Shown: positions 1 to 29,586 of the stretch, piece by piece | Numbering within the stretch: the stretch's first letter is position 1 | Layout of the letters: every line of letters begins with the position of its first letter | Assembly: GCA_963693365.1 (NCBI GenBank) | Contig: CAVNZM010000009.1 | Coordinates: forward strand, 6,319,045-6,383,044 | Source: Amoebidium appalachense | Taxonomy: Eukaryota; Protista; Ichthyosporea | Length of the DNA stretch: 64,000 nt | Reading direction: 5' to 3' | Notes under the pieces: generated by a model | Database searches by the model: none | Seen by the model: only the letters and a program-made list of their open reading frames with translations | Told to the model about the DNA's origin: nothing | Made by a program: the position numbers and the translations under genes

Positions 1-413
1 CTCCGGATCCCCGGACCCCACTTCCCTACCCGGAGGCTCAAGAGCTCCCCCCCCTCCCCCCTCCCCCCTCTCCCCCCCCCCCCCCCCCCCCCCAAGGCTT
101 ACGGGGGCCCTTCTTCATCGAGGGGGAGGGGGTGGGGGTGGGGGGGGGTGGGGGGAGGGGGTGGGGGGGAGGGAAGTGGAAGGCGGGGGTGGATGCATGT
201 CAGCCTAGGTGAATTCAATTGTTTAACTCCAGTGTGCAGGACTGGTCTGAAGGCTTAAGAAAACAACGAGGAAATGGGGTCCAGTGGAGGTGGTGGTGGT
301 GTTCTGTGTGTGTGTGTACACGTGCACGTATGTGTGTGGTTTTTTTAAGGGGTGAGTGGTGGTGGTGGTGGTGGTGGTGGTCACCGTGGTGGTGGTGTGT
401 GTGTCTGGTGTGT

Positions 414-466
<53 letters not shown>

Positions 467-1744
467 TAGAAAGAAAAACTGCTCGTGGGTCACTGTTTTT
501 CGTCACTGTATTTGTAACGGGCCGCTCATATTTATATAACTACTTTAATTTAAGTACACGTGTTCATTATCATATACGATGGCCAAATATAGAAATTTTG
601 GCGTCGAAGTTCTTGGAGCTAAAAAAACGTTTAAAAGGGGGAAATAATAGCTTGGCCCCAAATTTACCTTGCCGTTTTTAGCGAATGTATTTTTTATTCA
701 TGAGTTCTAGTGATTCAGTGAGTGCACGTGCCTGCCTCAGGCTGATCATGACAACTGCAACACACCATTCCTACATGGATATCAACCAAAAGAAAATAGT
801 ATATACTGTGGTGGTCTCCTAAACCTTGTGCGGCATGCGCATACATGATATTACAGTGACGCATGTGCATATTATTGTTCTGTACACCGGAGTGTGCCGG
901 TGCACGTGGCTGTTTTGTGCACATGTTACAATAGCAGCACGATCTCCCTAAACTCCATGTTTACACATCCCTCACCCTGGCTCTGCCTTGTCGGTGCTCC
1001 AAAACACACATACAAATCCCCCTAGACTCAGTGCCTGCACATGGTCGCATTCACGTGCAGGTCACGTGACACATGCGATGCCATACTGCCGTCTACAGCA
1101 ACAACCACGGCAGCATGTATACCGGCCCAGCACGAAATATACTTATCGGCAGCCCACTGAACTCGCCCATTTTCTCTTTTTCATGTATGTCCCTCCTTTT
1201 TTGTAAAATCACCCTTTTTGGCCTCCCGGTAGTGGATTTTGCAGGATTTGACTTCTTTGAGGTCCAAAAACCTCAAATTTTCCCCGGCGGGGCCGGGGAG
1301 GGAGAATTCAAAAATTGCCCGCTCCTGATATGGTACCCGGGCCCTTCTAACCCCCTTAGTTATGCTCGTCGTTGATATATGAAGCTTCACCTCCCATGCA
1401 TCCCAGCATCATGGAACATGTAAAGACACCTGCATGAATCCACAAATAGCTATGTTTTCTTTGTCCTTGCGTGACCCGGGCCCTTTTAACATCATTGATT
1501 CCTTGTCTCGCACGTTACGCTTACTTGCTAAACTGTGCATAATATAATTAGCTAGTATAGTGTAATAAATAGCTCGGTGTAGTGCATTTCGTTAACTTAG
1601 TAAAGCCACGGTGTAACAACTGGGTGGTTCTTGAGTCCGGCACCAGACTTCAACCGGCACCATGCCTCGGTTTACGTTTGGGCCTGCACCTATGTGGGCC
1701 GCTGACCCTATCCAAAGTAAGAGTTTCAGCAGTTCTCGTACCAT

Positions 1745-1840
1745 CTCTCTCTCTCCTTCTCTCTCTCCCTCTCTCTCTCCCTCTCTCTCCCTCTCTCCCT
1801 CTCTCTCTCCCTCTCTCCCTCTCTCTCTCTCTCTCCCCCC

Positions 1841-1922
<82 letters not shown>

Positions 1923-2425
1923 CCCCCCCCCTCTCTCTCTCTCCCCCCCCTCTCTCCCCCTCCCTCTCTCTCTCTCTCTCCCCCCCCTCCCTCTCTCCCC
2001 CTCCCTCTCTCTCTCTCTCTCTCTCTCCCCCCCCTCCCCCCCCCCCCTCTCTCTCTCTCTCCCCCCCTCCCCCCCCCTCCCCTCCCCCCTCCCCTCCCCC
2101 CTCCCTCCCCCCCCTCCCTCCGCCCCTCCCTCCGCCCCTCCCTCCCCCCTCCCTCCCTCCCTCCCCCCTCCCTCCCTCCCTCCCTCCCTCCTTCCCTCCC
2201 TCCCTCCCTCCCTCTCCCTCCCTCCCTCCCTCCCTCCTCCTCCCCACCCCCTCTCCCCCTCTCCCTCCCTCCCTCCCTCCCTCCCTCCCCCCCTCCCTCC
2301 CTCGCTCCCTCGCTCCCTCCCTCCCTCCCTCCCTCCCTCCCTCTCCTCCCTCCTCCCTCCCTCCTCCTCCCCACCCCTCTTTATCTCTCTCTCTCTCTCC
2401 CCTCTCTGTCATATCTTTCTCTCTA

Positions 2426-2492
<67 letters not shown>

Positions 2493-2625
2493 CCCCCCTC
2501 TCCCTCTCTCTCCCTCTCCCCTCCCTCCCTCCCTATCACCCTCTCCCCCTCCCCCCCCCTCTCTCTCTCTCCCCCCCCCCTCCCCCTCCTCCCTCCCTCC
2601 CTCCCCAGCCCTCCCTCTCTCTCCT
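1745..2625. repeat. About 880-bp near-pure polypyrimidine tract of (CT)n/(CCCT)n, in the intron of F-box copy A
   Basis: Directly visible in the sequence. Confidence 0.95.
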
Positions 2626-2628
2626 GCA

Positions 2629-2694
<66 letters not shown>

Positions 2695-2991
2695 CTATGT
2701 CTGTGTCTGTGTCTGTGCGTCTCTTCCCCCCTCTCTCTCCGTGTGTGTGTGTTGGCTCCTTTTCATTGCTGTGTTTACGCCACCCACATGCCACGAAACT
2801 TTTTTTCTATGGCATTCTGCTTTTGTTTCCGGTCAGCTCTCTTCTTTGCCTTCATTTTCCATTTTATCCACCCCCCCCCCCCCCACCCCCCCCCCCCCCC
2901 AGGGGCCCCCCCTCCCGCCGCCGGAGCAAAAATAGTCACCTCTCTTCGTTCTGCACACCAACTGCTTGCCCCCATTCTCCCCTCCCCCCCT

Positions 2992-3032
<41 letters not shown>

Positions 3033-3302
3033 TCTCTAGATCTTGCTACCCCGTATCCATTCTGTCTGCCAACTCCAACCAACGAAATTTTTTTTTTGTT
3101 TTTTTGTTTGTTTGTTTGTATGTGTGTTTGTTGGTTGGTTGCTTTGCTTTTTCTCTCTGTGTTTTTTTTTTTTTTGGGGGGGGGGGGAGGGGGGGGGGGT
3201 TGGAGGGGGGGGGGGGGCTCTTTAGTGCTTAGCTCTCGATGTGCTTTAGAAGTAGTGACCCAACCTGTGCCCTGAGAGTCATTATGTATTAGGTGGATTC
3301 CT

Positions 3303-3386
<84 letters not shown>

Positions 3387-3720
3387 CCCGCCCCTTCCCT
3401 CTCTCGCCCCTTCCCTCTCTCCCCATTGCAATCATGTTGTGTTCTGCGTTTGAGGTGACATTTAGGGACACTTGAGTTCTGTTGGTGTCTGGTTGCTTCT
3501 CTCTACTTCACATATCTTCTACCTTTTGTCGGTTCTCTTCAAATCCCACCCATGTACGTGCATGCTTGCCTTGATGGTGTGTGCATTAGTGTGGCGCATG
3601 ATGTTGTGTCTGTATGGTGTGTATTAGGTGTGTTTTTGATGTGGTTGTGGGCATATGAGGCTGTGGTGTTGTGGCAAAGAGGAGAACCTAGCATGATATA
3701 GCACACTAACATCCCCCCCC

Positions 3721-3751
<31 letters not shown>

Positions 3752-3783
3752 AAACACACACACATACACACGCACACACACAT

Positions 3784-3849
<66 letters not shown>

Positions 3850-4267
3850 CTTCCCCCCCTCCCGCCTCCCCACCACCCGGTCTCACCTTCAAATCTCCCC
3901 TGACCGTCTCACCCTCGTTTCCTCCTCTCATATGTAATCCATCCCCCCCCCCCCCCCCCCCCTCCCTCCCTCCCTCCCTCCCCTCCATCTATTTCTTCCT
4001 TCTCCCCCCCCCCCCCCCACACACACACACAACCCTACGTCCACCTTGCCCGGCACATTCCTCTCTCTGCAGGCTGCCCAATGGCCATGCTCCCCGATGA
4101 GACCCTCTCGCACTTGATTGGCTACCTCGAGCTGGAAGAACGATCCGCCCTCTCGCTCACGTGCCGCCGCATGGCCTATCTGGCTAGATCCTCACCTCCC
4201 GGCGCCCTGGAAATCGATATTCCAGCATATAATTCGAGACAAACCCTTCAACCTCTGCGTGCGGAGG

Positions 4268-4495
4268 ACGACTCTCTCATGAGCCAGGAGAAATGGTTGC
4301 AACTTGGTTAACTTTCGAGCTGGTAGGCGCATCATGAAAAACACATGCTGCCAAGCCCCGAACGTTCACGGTCCGCATGTTTCATATTGCACATCACGTT
4401 GACGACGATATGCACCTTTCCGATCGCGCCTTTCCACGCGTCCAAAAATCGGGGCACCGTATATGTCCATTTCTCCTGGCTCATGAGAGAGTCGT
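4268..4495. repeat. 29-bp perfect inverted repeat (4268-4296 / 4467-4495) flanking a 170-bp inverted coding segment
   Basis: acgactctctcatgagccaggagaaatgg vs ccatttctcctggctcatgagagagtcgt. The enclosed segment reads as the F-box protein on the opposite strand. Confidence 0.95.
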
Positions 4496-6540
4496 ATAAA
4501 TACACGAAGGTTACTGGGGGGCAGGAAGCGAGAGCGACGTCGAATTTTTCGACAGGGTCTACCACACTTGCGTGCGCATTTTTCTCGAAGAGTTGGGCCC
4601 GAAATTGCGCAGTGTCGAGTTCCACAACTTGACCGAGGGGGTGATGGAAGATCCCAACGTCATGTCGGCGCTAACAATGGCCCATATTTGGTCTCGTTCA
4701 AAACGGACAGGTTTGCCATTCCTTCGGTTTATCCGCTGGAAATCCGTGCAAGCCCAACAGCCATCGATATTGGAGCGTTCTACCCTGCGCTCAACTCACT
4801 GTGTGCACTCCTGCGCCCTCGAACGTCCGGTCGGTGCGGGCCGATAAGATCAGGAGTCAATGGATGGGTTTCTCCGGGCGTGTGCAAAAGTCACCCAGTT
4901 GGATTTTACCTTTGTTGGGCCGCTTGGTGATGGCGGGTGCCCCGTTAACCTGGATGCCCTCGCTGCGTGCACCAACGTGCAATCCCCTCAAACTCGATTT
5001 CCCTGAGGATAGCGTCGTGAATTTACCGAATTTGCCGAAATTACGTCGTCTTCAAGCGTCTTTACTTTACGGGAATTTCCATGTTCCTGCCGGGATGATA
5101 GAGGACCTTAGGGTGATGGGCCACTCCTATACGGCCGATCGCATTCTGACGGCCAGCCTCCTGTCCGTCTTTGTACGCACCTTGGAGCTGAAGAATGTAG
5201 GGTGGCCTGATTCAGCCAATCAGCTGCCGGCGCTAAAGCATTTAGCGTTGCTCGTGCTCGAAAACGTCGCGATTGCGGAGTCGGCGATGGATCTATCCAA
5301 TCACCCGCAACTGCGCCAGTGCACCTTAGCGAGAGTGCCGATTCGTACTCTCGGACGACCATGCAACCAATCACAATTAAGGAAAGTGGTCATATCGAAT
5401 ACCTACCAGCTCGCAGACCTAAATGGGCTTTCCGGTAACGCATCTACAGATGTGAAGATTATAAGCGCCGATTCTTTAACGAACCTAAACGGGTTGTCCG
5501 GATGCGCGGCGCTACGGTCGCTCGATATTCACGCTTGCACAGAACTGACAGACATCAGCGGATTGGCCGGCGTTCCAATCAAAGAGATCCGTTTGTGGCA
5601 CCTGCACGGTGTCACAAACATTGACGCGCTGTCGGAAATCCCTGGGGTTACCAAGGTTTCTTTAATCAGCATGGCCGGTCTTACAGACTTGACCCCTCTC
5701 TTGCGATGTACCTCTTTGCGTTTCTTGGCCTTGCACGACCTTCCAAATGCAGACGTCCTGCAGATTAGCGGTCACCCAACCGTGTAATCAATCACTCTGG
5801 GGAAGAGGGAACAAAGGCACGCGGGCGAGCTTTCATTGTCGTGTCCGAATTTACACACGGTGAATGCACGGCCACTTGACAGGCTGCATGAGGATGAGTA
5901 GCCATGCAGGTTGCTTACGTAAGAGGCGGGTTTCCGCACAACTCCTACACACACGCAAGCGAGGACACAGGCACTTACACATATGCGCGCACGTGTGCGA
6001 ACACACAGACACACACGCACATGCGTGCACGCACACACTCACACACACTCACACACTCACACACTCACTCACACCTACATTATCATGCACACGCCACCCT
6101 TACATGATTGGAAACATCTGCACATGCATGTACCTAAACGTCAATGCACTAGCACATCCACCTGCATACACACATACATGCAAATGCTCACAAGACTAAG
6201 AGCATGCCTGAGCTCAGACACACGGGGGCTGTTGCTCAGCGAGAGAGACAGAAAAAGAGAGAGAAGTTGTGTGTGCGTGTGTGTTGGGGGGGGGGGGGGG
6301 GGGGGGGGGAGGTCTGTGTGTGTGTATGTTTGCTTGTTTGTTTTTTTGTGTACTTTCCCATACGTAACACACAGGGGGAGGGGGAGGGGTTAGGGTGGAC
6401 GGGGGGAGAGAGAGAGGGGGGGGGGGGGGGAGGGCACACACAAGCACAAACAGGCACACACGCGCACACGCACACGGTGTCACATTCCCACGTGCGTGTA
6501 CATACACTGACGCACACGTACACACAGTATATACACACAT

Positions 6541-6584
<44 letters not shown>

Positions 6585-7196
6585 ACACACACACGTACAC
6601 ACACACAGACATCCACACACACGCATATAGGCAAGCACACACGCCTGCAGGCACGGGTGCACCTAGATAGGTACACATGCGTGTGCACCCCCCACCCCAC
6701 CACCACCACCACCACACACACGCACGCGCGCACGAACGCACGCACACACGCACACAAAGAAACACTCGCACATGTGCGCAGATTCACGGGCGCAAAGACC
6801 CACGTACATGCACACACACCACCTTGGAAAGTTCTATGGTTAAAACACGTTCCGATAAACATCTCTTTTTTTCTCTGCAGCAGCTGCTGCGACGCACATG
6901 GCAAACGCCAGCAGCGACCAGAGAATAAACGAATCGGATTCTAGTCGGTGCCACACCGTCCCGTCAGTGTGTGGCCAATGTTACCAAATATGGTTAAGCA
7001 GTCCTATTATGAATCTAAATTTGCCATATATGGCGTGTATAGCGGTATTTCTTAATCTAATCGGTCATCCAGGAATAAGGGGAACATAGAATTTTAGCCC
7101 GGAGACTGAGTAGAAATCCATCGCTTAGCTATGCCATGGTGGTGGCGGTGGTGGTGGTTATGGTTGCGCCCGGCGGCTGGGGGGGGGGGGGGGGGA

Positions 7197-7232
<36 letters not shown>

Positions 7233-7570
7233 GGGGATAATGAGCATAAGCGGTTGTGTGGTGATTCACAAGTTCCCTATTCTGATTTTTCGGCTCTCTA
7301 ACTATCCTAGTAACGCGAGTTTGCAGGGTTTTTCCGATGTGCATGCTTTAAATTTAGTGCGACTATCTCTTGCCTAGGATTTTGTTATTATGCACTTGCT
7401 TGTATGTAAATTGATACATGCATGTCTTCTCGCGACTTTAATTTGCCTGCTGTAAATGTGGTGGTTGTTGTCGTCGTGGTTGGGGGGAGAGTTGGGGGTA
7501 GTCATGGAAATGGGTAACAATGGATGGGTTGAAATTTCTTTGCCTTTGCCTTCCTCTTTTTTTTTTTTTT

Positions 7571-7613
<43 letters not shown>

Positions 7614-7992
7614 CATTGGCAATAAAGCTACGGTATGCAAACCCTAATTAGATAGCTATAGACTAAGAACTGTATCGTAATGAGTTGGTTTGTCAAACTA
7701 ATAATGAGCTTGTACAGGAAGTGAGATTAGGTGCTGTACATGCTGTTACTATATTAGCGTCCTATTGTTATATATTAACTGTTGACAATGTGTATGTCTA
7801 TAGGAAGCAAGAGAAACATTTCACGTATATACGTGTTTGTATTTGGTATATCTCGTTCCGTGGATATCTGGTGAAGATTCAAGCCTATATCTCGCGCGAA
7901 TGGCGATTGCACTACGACATATATCCATTCGATCTACGTAACTAACAATCATAATACTGATAAATCGAGAAAAACTTTGCATTCAACCATTT

Positions 7993-8041
<49 letters not shown>

Positions 8042-8493
8042 AAAAAAAAAAAAAAAGCCGCCCGGGGCAACCATAACTATAACCACCACCTACTCCACCA
8101 CCACCATGGCATACCAATAGCTATGTGTTTCTATCATCCGGGCTGAAATCATGACCCTTATTACTGGATGACCAATTACATTAGTATAGTAGTACCCCGA
8201 TGCCTTCTATATACGGAAATTTCTAGACCCATACTTGGACTGCTTAACCATATTTGGTAACATTGGCCACGCACTGCCGGGACGATGTGACATGGCACCG
8301 GTTGGGATCCGAATCGTTCATTTCCTGGTTGCTGGCGTGAGCTACATACGGTGGAAGAGCTGTGGAGAAAAAGAGAAAGGTTTAGTGGAATGTTTTATTT
8401 GGAAAACCCTCAAGTTTAGTAGTTTCGCAGGGTGTGTGTGCGTGCAAGAAATGTGTCCGGGTGCCTGACCGTGCATGCTATGGAGCTGTGGGG

Positions 8494-8556
<63 letters not shown>

Positions 8557-9057
8557 CGTGCACGCACGTGCGCTTGTGTGCACGTGCGCTTGTGTGGGTG
8601 TTGTGCTCGCGCAGCACGTGTGCGTAGTGTGTCTGTGTGTGTCATGGTGTGTGTGTGTGTGTGTGTGTCACAGATAATGTGCGTACTACTATATGTATGT
8701 GTGTGTGCACGTGCATCGGTGTATGTGTGCCTGCATACGTGCGCACATGCTTGCATGTGTGTTTGCTTGCTTGTGTGTGTGTGTGTGTGTACATGTATAT
8801 GTGAATGTGTGTGCATGTGTGCGTGTGTGCGTGTGTGTGTGCCTGTGTCTCGGTTATTGCGTGTGCCCATCTTTCTCCCTCGGTCACCCCCAACCCCCCC
8901 CCCCTCCCCACCTCCCCACCTCCCCACCTCCCCCTCCCCCCCCCCAACTCTCTCTGCCCCTGTCTCCTGTGTGTGTGTGTATGGGAGCAACCACTAAAGC
9001 AGGCATGCAGAGGACCACACACACACACACACACACACATACACACGCACACACACG

Positions 9058-9146
<89 letters not shown>

Positions 9147-9805
9147 CACACACGCAAACACACACAGACCCCCCCTCTTTCCCCGACCGCCCGTACACAC
9201 ACATTCTCTCTCTCTTAACGTGAGTGTCCGGTTGCCGGCGCACGTGCATGACCTTAGTCTTGGGTGTTTGTGTGCACATGTGCCTGTATGTGTGCATCTA
9301 TGTGTATGCTTGTGCACATGGATGCAACTGCGCATTTTAGGCACATGGATGTTGTCTGTGCACCAAAGCGCGTGCGTACGTGCGTGCGTGTGTGAGTAGT
9401 GTACGTGTGTGTGTGCGTAGTTGTCTATGTGTGTGTGTTTGTGTGCCTGTGTGTGTGTGTTGTGGGTGTGTGTGTGTGTGCGCTTGCGTGAGCGTGTGTC
9501 TGTGTCTGTGTGTGTGTGCGCCTGTGCGTGTGTGTTGTGGGTGGGTGTGCGCGCGCTTGCGTGAGCGTGAGCGTGTGTGTGTGTCTGTGTGTGTGCGCAT
9601 GCACGTGTGTGTGCGTGTGCCCATGCGCACGTGTGTGTGCATACATGCATGTATGCACGTGCATGGATGTGGGTATGCATGGATGTGGGTGCACACATAC
9701 GCATCCATGCTTGCAATCAAGAATACACGTATGCACAACGGAAGATCTTTATATCTAAGGATTGTGAGTAAACCCACCTCTTACGTAAGTAACCTACATA
9801 CATGG

Positions 9806-12800
9806 CTACTCATCCACATGCGGCCTGTCAAGCACCTTTCCGTTCACCGTGCGTAATTTCGGACACGACGAAAGGTCCCCCACCCGCACTAGGTCGTCTT
9901 GCCCCACATTCATCAATTCGAGGGTTGGGTGGCCGGAAATCTGCCATACGGAAGCATTTGGAATCTCCGATATATCCAAAATGCGCAGAGAAGTACACCC
10001 CATAAGGGGCGAACTGTCTCTTAGATTCAACATGTGGTTTAAAGAAACACCTGCAACCCCCGGGATTTCCGCCAGTGGGCCGATGCTTGTGACTCTGGGC
10101 AGGTTCTCCAAATGGACCTCTCTGATTGGCAGGCCAGCCACCCCGCCGATATCCCTCAGCTCTCCGCAATAGGCAATTCTGAGCGACCGTAGCGCCGCGC
10201 ATCCGGACAACCCTTCAAGGCTTGTTAAAGAATGGGTCTCCAAAATCTCCACGTCTGTCAATGTGTTTCCGGAAAGCCCGTTTAGGTCTGCCAGCTGGTT
10301 GGCTTGAGTTATGGAGACTTTCTTTAATCGTGATTGGTTGCATGGACGGCCGAGGGTGCGAATCGGCACTCTCGTTAACGTGCACTGGCGCAGTTGCGGG
10401 TGATTGGATAGATCGATCGCCAACTCCGCCATCGCGACGTCTTCGAGCATGAGCGACGTTAAATGCTTTAACGCCAGCAGCTGATTGGCTGAATCGGGCC
10501 ACCGTACATTCTTCATCTCCAAAGTGCGCACAAAGACGCACAGGAGGATGGCCGTTGGAATGCGATCGGCCGTATGGGAGTAGCCTGTAAGTATAACGTC
10601 CTCTGTCACAGTGGAAGGGACACAGACGTTTCCGCCAAATGAAGACGCTCGAAGCCGTCGTAACTTGGGCAGATGCGGTAGATTCAAGACGCTATGCCTA
10701 GAGAAATCGAGTTTGAGGGATTGCACGTCGGTGCACGCGGCGAGGGCACCCAGGTTAATGGGGTGCCCGTCAACATCAAAATACTGTTCATAGTCGATAT
10801 CCAAGTGGGTGTCGCACACGCTTGGAGAAATCCATCCAATGTCCCCTGGTTTCATCGACCACCACGGCCCGAACGGACCGGACGCTTGGGCACTCGCGCA
10901 ACAGTGCATACAGTGGGATCGATGAGCACAGGACCGTACAAAAAGAAGTCGATCGCGGTGAGGTTTACGGGCAACGACGCCTGCGGAAACACCGAGGGAA
11001 TGGCGAATTGGTTCGTCTTGAGCGAGACCAATTTGGGGCACATTGTTAGCGACGACATGACAGTTGGCTCTTCCATTAGCCATTCGGTTTGGTTTTCGAA
11101 CTCGACTCTGCGCAATGTCGGGCCCAACTCGTCGAGAAAAATACACACGCACGTGTGGTAGAGTCTGGCGCAAAAATCGACATTGTTTGCGTCACCCACC
11201 GCCCATACACCTTCGTGCATAAACACCAGCGTATCCAAACATGGCAATTCAGCCAGTTTTCGCGCCAATAACCTCAACATGAAAAACACCGCGTTACCGA
11301 GCCCCGTTCGTTCGCGGTCCGTATGTTTCAAATCGCACATCACGTCGTCGACGACATTCACCTTTCCGATCGCGACTTTCCACGCGTCCAAAAATCGGGG
11401 TACGGTATATGTCTATTCCTCCTGGCTCACGCGAGAGTCGCCTACTGCACGCAAAGGTTGCAGGGTTTGTTTCGATTGTCCCGGTGGGATGACGATTTCT
11501 AGGGTGCCGGGAGCTGAGGATCTAGCTAGATACGCCATGCGGCGGCACGTGAGCGAGAGGGTGGATCGTTGCTTCAATTTAAGGTAGCCAATAATATGAG
11601 CCAAAATTTCATCGGGGAGCAACGCCATTGGGCAGCCTGCAGAGTGGAAAACGGGGGAAGGTGGAAGCAAGGGGTGGTGGGTGGGGAGAATGTGTGGGTG
11701 GTTGTGTTTGTGTGTGTGTGTTGGGGGGGGGGGGGGGGGGGGGGGGGAGGGGGGGGGGGGGGAGGGGGAAGGGTTTTTTTATTGTTTGGGTGTGTGGATG
11801 GGTGGTTGTGTGTGGGTGGATGGGTGTAAACGTTCGTAATTGGATGGGTGGATGAGTGTGTGTGTGTGTGTGTGTGTTGGAGGGGGGGGGGGGAGGGGGG
11901 GGAAGGTAAAGTGGCGGTACATTAGTGATGGCTAATTGGATCTTACCATTTGTCACCTCAGCAAACAAACACACGCCCTAAACGCGAGATACAGACACAG
12001 GCCTCCATGCGCGACCACAAACACAGACACACACGCACATACACACACACACGCACACCAACACGCATTACCGAAACAAACAAGCAAGCACATGGGTGGG
12101 GATTGAAGAGGACTGACAAAAATAATATAATGTGCAGAAGAGAGAACCAACCAGACATCCACAGAACTCGAGTCTAATTGATATTCACCTCTCAAGCAAG
12201 CCCTGCCTATTAACTACTGGCGGCGGAGGAGGAGGGGGGGGGGGGGGGGAGGTGGGGGGTGGGAGGGGTGAGAAGGGGGGGGGGGGGGGGGAGCGGAGAG
12301 AAGAGGTGGGGGGAGGGGGGGTATCCATCTGCATCCAAAGCTGAGTATTAAAAAGCCCATCCTTCCCCTCCCCCCTCCCCCAACGGGACCCCCGACTTCT
12401 CTTCCTTTTTTAATTGGGCTTGGTGGGCATAATGGATACGGGGCAGAGAAAGGGCAGTAAGGGGGACAACCAAAGGATGTTCAGAAGGGAAAGCGGCAGC
12501 CTCAATTTTTTTTTTTTTTTGGGGGGGGGGGGGGAGGGGTTTTAAGGGGAGGGGCGGTTGGGGAGCGGGGGTAGGGGCGGGGGGGGGGGGGGGGGGGGGG
12601 GGGGGAAGGGGGGAGGGGTTGGGGGGGGGGGGACCGGGGACATAGGCAGGATAGGGGGGAGGGGAGGGGGGATGTGGGAGGAGGCAACAAGGATAGCTCG
12701 GCAGGGATGGGAGCAGAATGCCATAGAGAGGAAAACCTTTGTGGCGTGCTGATGCTATGAACATGGCAAGGAAAAGGAGGCAACACACACAGTGAGAAAG

Positions 12801-12829
12801 GAGGGGCGGAAGACGCACACCAACACGCC

Positions 12830-12878
<49 letters not shown>

Positions 12879-13572
12879 CACACACAGAGAGATATGGGGG
12901 GGGGGGGGAGAGAGAGAGTGTGTGTGTGTGTGTGTGTGTGAGGGAGGAGGGGAGGGAGGGAGGGGGGAGGGAGGGAGTGAGGGAGAGAAAGGGAGGGAGT
13001 GAGCAAGGGAGTGAGTAAGGGAGGGGGAGAGGGACTCGGGGAAGGAGGGAGGGAGGGAGCCAGAAAGTGAAAGAAAGACTCGGAGGAGGAGGAAGGGCGG
13101 GTAGAAGAGAGGGAGGGAGAGAGATGGATAGAAGAAGGGAGGAGAAAGAGAGAGGGAGAGACAGTGTGTGTGTGTGCATCTACGAATGAGATAGTGTGAC
13201 AGAGAAATGAATACAAGCGCGGAGGAAAGAGAGGGCAAGTGTGAATAACCTTCCCCCCTCCGCCTCCCCCTCCCCTTCCCCCCTCCCCCACCCACCCTCT
13301 CCTCCTTCCCCACAAGAACACAACATTCCATTCTAGCCACCCCACTTCCAACCCTAACCCTTCCCCTGGCCCTGAAAGTCTCTTTTTCACACACTGTCGG
13401 TATACTTGCACATGAACCAGCAATTGAAACACATCAATTCCACAACTTTCATGATAAGTGCCACATCTATGAAACATTTACATATTGTCCACAACTGATG
13501 CGGTGTAGTGTGCTTACCTTGGGTAGGATCACCGGCCAGCATGGGCGCAGGCCCAAACGTAGACCGAGGCAT
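9806..13572 (-). pseudogene. F-box + LRR protein, copy B. Exon 1 13518-13572, exon 2 9806-11636. In-frame TAG at 11413-11415 and a frameshift near 10870.
   Basis: ORFs 11413..11670, 10852..11391 and 9806..11173 are collinear with copy A (LPDEILAHIIGYL..., YTVPRFLDAWK, LSNHPQLRQCTL). The TAG aligns with TGG (Trp) in copy A. Confidence 0.8.
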
Positions 13573-14493
13573 GGTGCCAGGAAATCTGGCGGGCTCTTAG
13601 CCTAACAAGCCTTAGTGAAAGGGGCTTTAAGGGCAAATCATCGGTTATGTAAGGTCAAGCAAACTATGTCAGAAGGACAAAGAAAACGATCACGTGGATG
13701 TGGATGGCATGGGCTGAGGGGTGGGATGGGCTAAGCGCGCCTGACCAGAGGGGTGGGAGGGAATCAAGAGACCCGCCGCATGTTTAGACGAAATCTAAGG
13801 GAGTAGCTGTGGTGTTGCGTTTACAACTATGCGTGAACACGTTCCTATTTGCATTCAATGTTCAATGTTCACACCAACCGTAGGCTATGCATGTTCTTTC
13901 ATGCAACGTTGGGGGTTTTCACGTTGACTGCATCGGTGCACAACATTCTCACGTTCCAGAGGGCCGTGACATTCTTCACAACGTATACAGGGCCCGGGAA
14001 AAACCAAGGGACTTCCACGGTGACGTCATGATGACGTCATTCAGTGTTAAAACACTGAAACATAGCTGGGCCAGCCAGCCGCTGTGTGACGATTTACGTA
14101 GGCAGATACGTGCCCCTCCACCTACCACCCGAACAGTTCATCTAATAAACCACAGGGAAACTACATAGAAGGAATATAACAAAGCCAAAAACCAATGGCT
14201 AAAGGAAAAAAAACACCAATAATAAATAACACTGAAACTTGGCCAACACATAACGTTGACACCGACAGATACCGGGCTTTGTAAGTTACGAGATCACCCA
14301 CTGCCATACGTAAAAAAGACATCGAGCTGTCCTGTTTATCTCCACTGTACGTTTGTTCTCCATCAACAAAACTTTCACACAGCGAAAGCCTAAGATCATT
14401 GTTAAACATACGGAACTTTACGAACGAAATACTTCCTTCCTGGCAGATCAACCCCTCGGCCTGAACAAATGTTGGGTTCAACAGACAGACTAT

Positions 14494-14559
<66 letters not shown>

Positions 14560-14752
14560 ACCGCGGACACACAGGCACACACAACCCCAGCAGGCGTCCT
14601 TTCTTTGACATTTCAAAAGGTAAAACAGCAAAGGATAGTCCAAGTTTACATATCATACAAACTTTGACACAATTTGAAATTTACGCTAACAAGCAAGCTC
14701 TGAAAGGCCAGGGGGAGAAACGATAACCATGAATTTCACATCCCACTACGAC

Positions 14753-29586
<14,834 letters not shown>

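Larger units (their letters stand above)
1662..5901 (+). pseudogene. F-box + leucine-rich-repeat protein, copy A. Exon 1 1662-1716, intron 1717-4072, exon 2 4073-5901. Disrupted by an internal inversion, frameshifts and a premature TAA at 5785.
   Basis: F-box-like motif LPDETLSHLIGYLELEERSALSLTCRRM and LRR repeats (LNGLSGCAALRSLDIHAC). The GTAAG donor and CTGCAG acceptor join in frame (...IQ-S-CPMAMLPDE). The same exon structure is present in copy B. Confidence 0.8.
1640..13590. repeat. Large diverged inverted duplication carrying the F-box pair (arms about 1.64-7.2 kb and about 8.05-13.59 kb)
   Basis: Reverse-complement similarity in exon 1, intron segments (2755-2850 vs 12690-12780), CDS and 3' flank (6900-7150 vs 8070-8350). 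Confidence 0.85.
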
